A program made the position numbers and the translations under genes. Source: Gammaproteobacteria bacterium (GTDB lineage Bacteria; Pseudomonadota; Gammaproteobacteria; Eutrophobiales; Eutrophobiaceae). Taken from it: a stretch of 64,000 nucleotides of DNA. The notes beneath the pieces are model-generated. The model was not told the DNA's origin. It saw only the letters and a program-made list of their open reading frames with translations, and ran no database searches. Of the stretch, positions 61,650-64,000 are shown in pieces (within the stretch, counting starts at the first letter, position 1; each line of letters starts with the position of its first letter). The stretch spans positions 2,267 to 66,266 of the forward strand of contig CBDCTH010000010.1 of assembly GCA_965222155.1 (NCBI GenBank), read 5' to 3'.

Positions 61650-62150
61650 CCCGGGTCCGGAGGCTGTCGTATTGGGGTGAGATTTCAGAGGGTCTTGCGC
61701 CGGAACTGGCTTTTTCAGGGAAACTACCTTGGCCTTTTATATCGGCAGCTAAAAAACAGAGAGCAAATATTGGCGCGCGTGAGATCAGACGGCTGGCGCG
61801 GGAATATGCTGAAACTCAACCGGCGGTTATCCGTGTCGGTGTGGGCGCAGAGCGTTATCCCGGTGGTGGACAGGGCATCCGCGCAGTTGATTGTTTGCTG
61901 GCGCTGGTCGGGGCCTGGCGTCATGTGGGTGGCGGCGTTTTACAGATGCTGGTATTCGTGCCGGTGCGTTTTGATATTTTGTCCAGACCGGACTGGGTCA
62001 ATGCGGAGACACGGGCTGTTAATCTGGCAGATATCGGCAATGTTTTGAGCCCCGAGTCCAGTTTGGAGCCGCCGGTCAAATCGCTGTTTATCTGGAATGC
62101 CAACCCCCTGTCACAGGCGCCTGACAGTAACCTCGTTGAACAGCGGCGCG
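61650..62150 (+). pseudogene. Internal fragment of a molybdopterin oxidoreductase
   Basis: REIRRLAREYAETQPAVIRVGVGAERYPGGGQGIRAVDCLLALVGAWRHVGGG...PVKSLFIWNANPLSQAPD matches the middle of MopB enzymes. The N-terminal Fe-S domain and the C-terminal domain are missing. Confidence 0.6.
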
Positions 62151-62188
62151 CCGGTCTACTACGATACGAACATCAATATAAAAAGGCT

Positions 62189-62941
62189 TTATCTCGCTTT
62201 GAGAAAACCCGGCATGTCGTAACCTGCCAGTCCTTTAATTTCCGGCGGCGGCCAGGTTCGTTTACTGTGACTGAGACCGGTTTTAACCAGAGCATCGGCC
62301 ATATGTACCGTCAACGGGATGGGATCAATGACAGGCACGTCTAATCCGGCTTCTAATAACCCCCTGCGCATGGCTACCGCAAAGCCCAGAAAACCAGTAC
62401 AACCGAGGATTAACGCGTCTGCACCGTCTTGCTGTACGGAACATATTGCTTTTTCCGTTAATGCCTCGTTGAGTTTTGCCGGATCATGGCTGATTTCCAA
62501 TACGGGTATGTCAACAGCCTGGAAGGAAACATAATTAGTATTAAGCCCGTATTTTGACGCCATGTTGTCAATCATGGGACGCAAGCGGTCCAATACCGTG
62601 ATAAAACCAAAACGGTGAGCCAGCAGACTGGCCGTATGCATCACGGTTTGACAGGGGCCGAGCACGGGAATGGACACGACCTCACGACAGGCGTCCAACC
62701 CCGGGTCACCCATGCAGTCAATAACGATGGCGTGTGCGCCATCCCGTTGTGCTTCTATGGCCTTTCTAATGGTATCGGGAATGCTCAGCGCCTCATCGAA
62801 TTCGGATTCTATCGACGCGGGACCTTTATCGAGGAGGGAATGCCGCACTTCAAGGTCCGGACGTTCCAGTTCCCTGACATCGTCCAGTTGCCGAATACCT
62901 TTTGTTATGATGGGAGTAATTAATTGAATAATTTTTTTCAT
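62189..62941 (-). CDS. Asp/Glu/hydantoin racemase family protein
   Basis: 250 aa with AIVIDCMGDPGL and ALILGCTGF cysteine motifs. Confidence 0.75.
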   Translation of the reverse strand: MKKIIQLITPIITKGIRQLDDVRELERPDLEVRHSLLDKGPASIESEFDEALSIPDTIRKAIEAQRDGAHAIVIDCMGDPGLDACREVVSIPVLGPCQTVMHTASLLAHRFGFITVLDRLRPMIDNMASKYGLNTNYVSFQAVDIPVLEISHDPAKLNEALTEKAICSVQQDGADALILGCTGFLGFAVAMRRGLLEAGLDVPVIDPIPLTVHMADALVKTGLSHSKRTWPPPEIKGLAGYDMPGFLKAR

Positions 62942-62950
62942 AGTGAGACG

Positions 62951-64000
62951 CTACCAGTTCAAATCCACACTTATGCCATAGGTTGCAGGCAGACCATAGT
63001 TCTCACCGAAGCCAACTGATGATGTCAATACCTGGGTACGATAAACCTCATCGGTAATGTTTCTACCCCACAAATGAACCCCCCACCTTCCAGTGGCGGA
63101 ACTGATGCCCGCCCGCGCGTTCGTTATCCAATATCCGTCTTCCAGGGTTTCCATCGGCTGGTTGACAATATCGTAGGAGACATCATCTTTATAGGACGTA
63201 TCCAACATAATGTCAGCTACCAGACCTGGGGTAAGATTCCATTGGTACTTGACACCGGCATTAAAATTCACGTCAGGCGAGTTTGGCAGATCACTTCCTT
63301 CAGCCACATTGGGAACAAACGAATCCGTAATTTCAGTATCAAGCAATCCCAAACCCAAGCGTATATCGAGACCTGCAGCCACCCGCCATAATAAATCAAA
63401 TTCCGCACCATACACTTCCGCATCACCGGCATTGGTGATGCCAAATAATGGGCCAAGTAATTCATGTTGAAAAATAGGCCCATAAATTTGCACGCCTTCG
63501 TAATCATAGAAGAACGCGGAGATATTAAATTGCAGACTATTGTTTAATAGTTGTATTTTGGCACCAATTTCATACGCGCTGACAAGTTCTTTATCGAAGG
63601 CCTGAAGATCAGCGGGGTTGAATGTGAGTTGTCCCTGAAAATTGCCTGATTTAAAACCCCGACTAAAGCTGGCGTACAATAAGGTGTTTTCAAACCCGGT
63701 AAAATCAATACCCGCTTTCCCCGATAAGTTTGATACGCTGTAATCATTGCTGATCGGGGCAAAAACCTGGACCTCTGCCTCACCAAATCTCAGGAAAGTG
63801 AATGCATCATTGAATTCCTTGTCCTCTTCCGTATAACGTAGCCCGGCAATAACCTTCCAGTTCTCATGGAACTGCCATTCAGCGTGGCCGAATACGGCGT
63901 ATGAATCCGCTTCCTGGTTATATTCATTACCAACTGCATCCGCGGGGACACCCAGCAAGGGCAGTAGAGCGGAGGCATCAAAATTATCCCGCGTTGACAC
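62951..64000 (-). CDS. TonB-dependent receptor, C-terminal part (gene continues beyond the window)
   Basis: Beta-barrel repeats, FSRGFKSGNF, and a C-terminal ...YGISVDLNW (aromatic terminus). Confidence 0.8.
   Translation of the reverse strand: MSTRDNFDASALLPLLGVPADAVGNEYNQEADSYAVFGHAEWQFHENWKVIAGLRYTEEDKEFNDAFTFLRFGEAEVQVFAPISNDYSVSNLSGKAGIDFTGFENTLLYASFSRGFKSGNFQGQLTFNPADLQAFDKELVSAYEIGAKIQLLNNSLQFNISAFFYDYEGVQIYGPIFQHELLGPLFGITNAGDAEVYGAEFDLLWRVAAGLDIRLGLGLLDTEITDSFVPNVAEGSDLPNSPDVNFNAGVKYQWNLTPGLVADIMLDTSYKDDVSYDIVNQPMETLEDGYWITNARAGISSATGRWGVHLWGRNITDEVYRTQVLTSSVGFGENYGLPATYGISVDLNW

Overview
This window looks like a 64-kb chromosomal segment of a moderate-GC proteobacterium, probably a gammaproteobacterium judged by gene content and repeat types.

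Layout:
- 1-16.8 kb: mostly core genes. These are a truncated higBA module, a wHTH-HATPase-STAS protein, a tRNA Pro-Arg-His-Lys cluster, cysS, lpxH, ampE/ampD, nadC, a NarL-type two-component pair, fchA/mtdA, a TonB-dependent receptor and folE.
- 16.8-26.1 kb: a decayed accessory patch next to tRNA-Thr. It holds frameshifted or truncated alpha/beta-hydrolase, dehalogenase, amidohydrolase and toxin genes, a degraded IS200-like element interrupted by an intact ISAs1-family IS, plus hipBA and vapBC.
- 26-33 kb: HDAC-like and MBL-fold enzymes, an outer-membrane protein, hicAB, an orphan napGH-like ferredoxin pair and a RelE-like killer/antidote pair.
- 33-43.7 kb: a Type I restriction-modification island. 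An HTH-fused hsdM, hsdS, hsdR and a DUF45 peptidase are present. Three extra co-directional genes sit between hsdS and hsdR: a 2TM zinc-ribbon protein, a DUF3800 protein and an AlbA_2/Schlafen-HATPase-wHTH protein. Short coupled upstream ORFs share a conserved peptide.
- 45.6-64 kb: metH, a coxM/coxS/coxG-coxL-like molybdenum hydroxylase cluster, an LLM oxidoreductase, a MopB molybdoenzyme, tpm, a sodium:solute symporter, a racemase and a second, partial TonB-dependent receptor.

Nearly every intergenic region is packed with several families of palindromic or MITE-like repeats. No rRNA genes, CRISPR arrays, integrases or reverse transcriptases were seen.

All functional calls rest on motif recognition by eye in the supplied translations. 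No database search was run.
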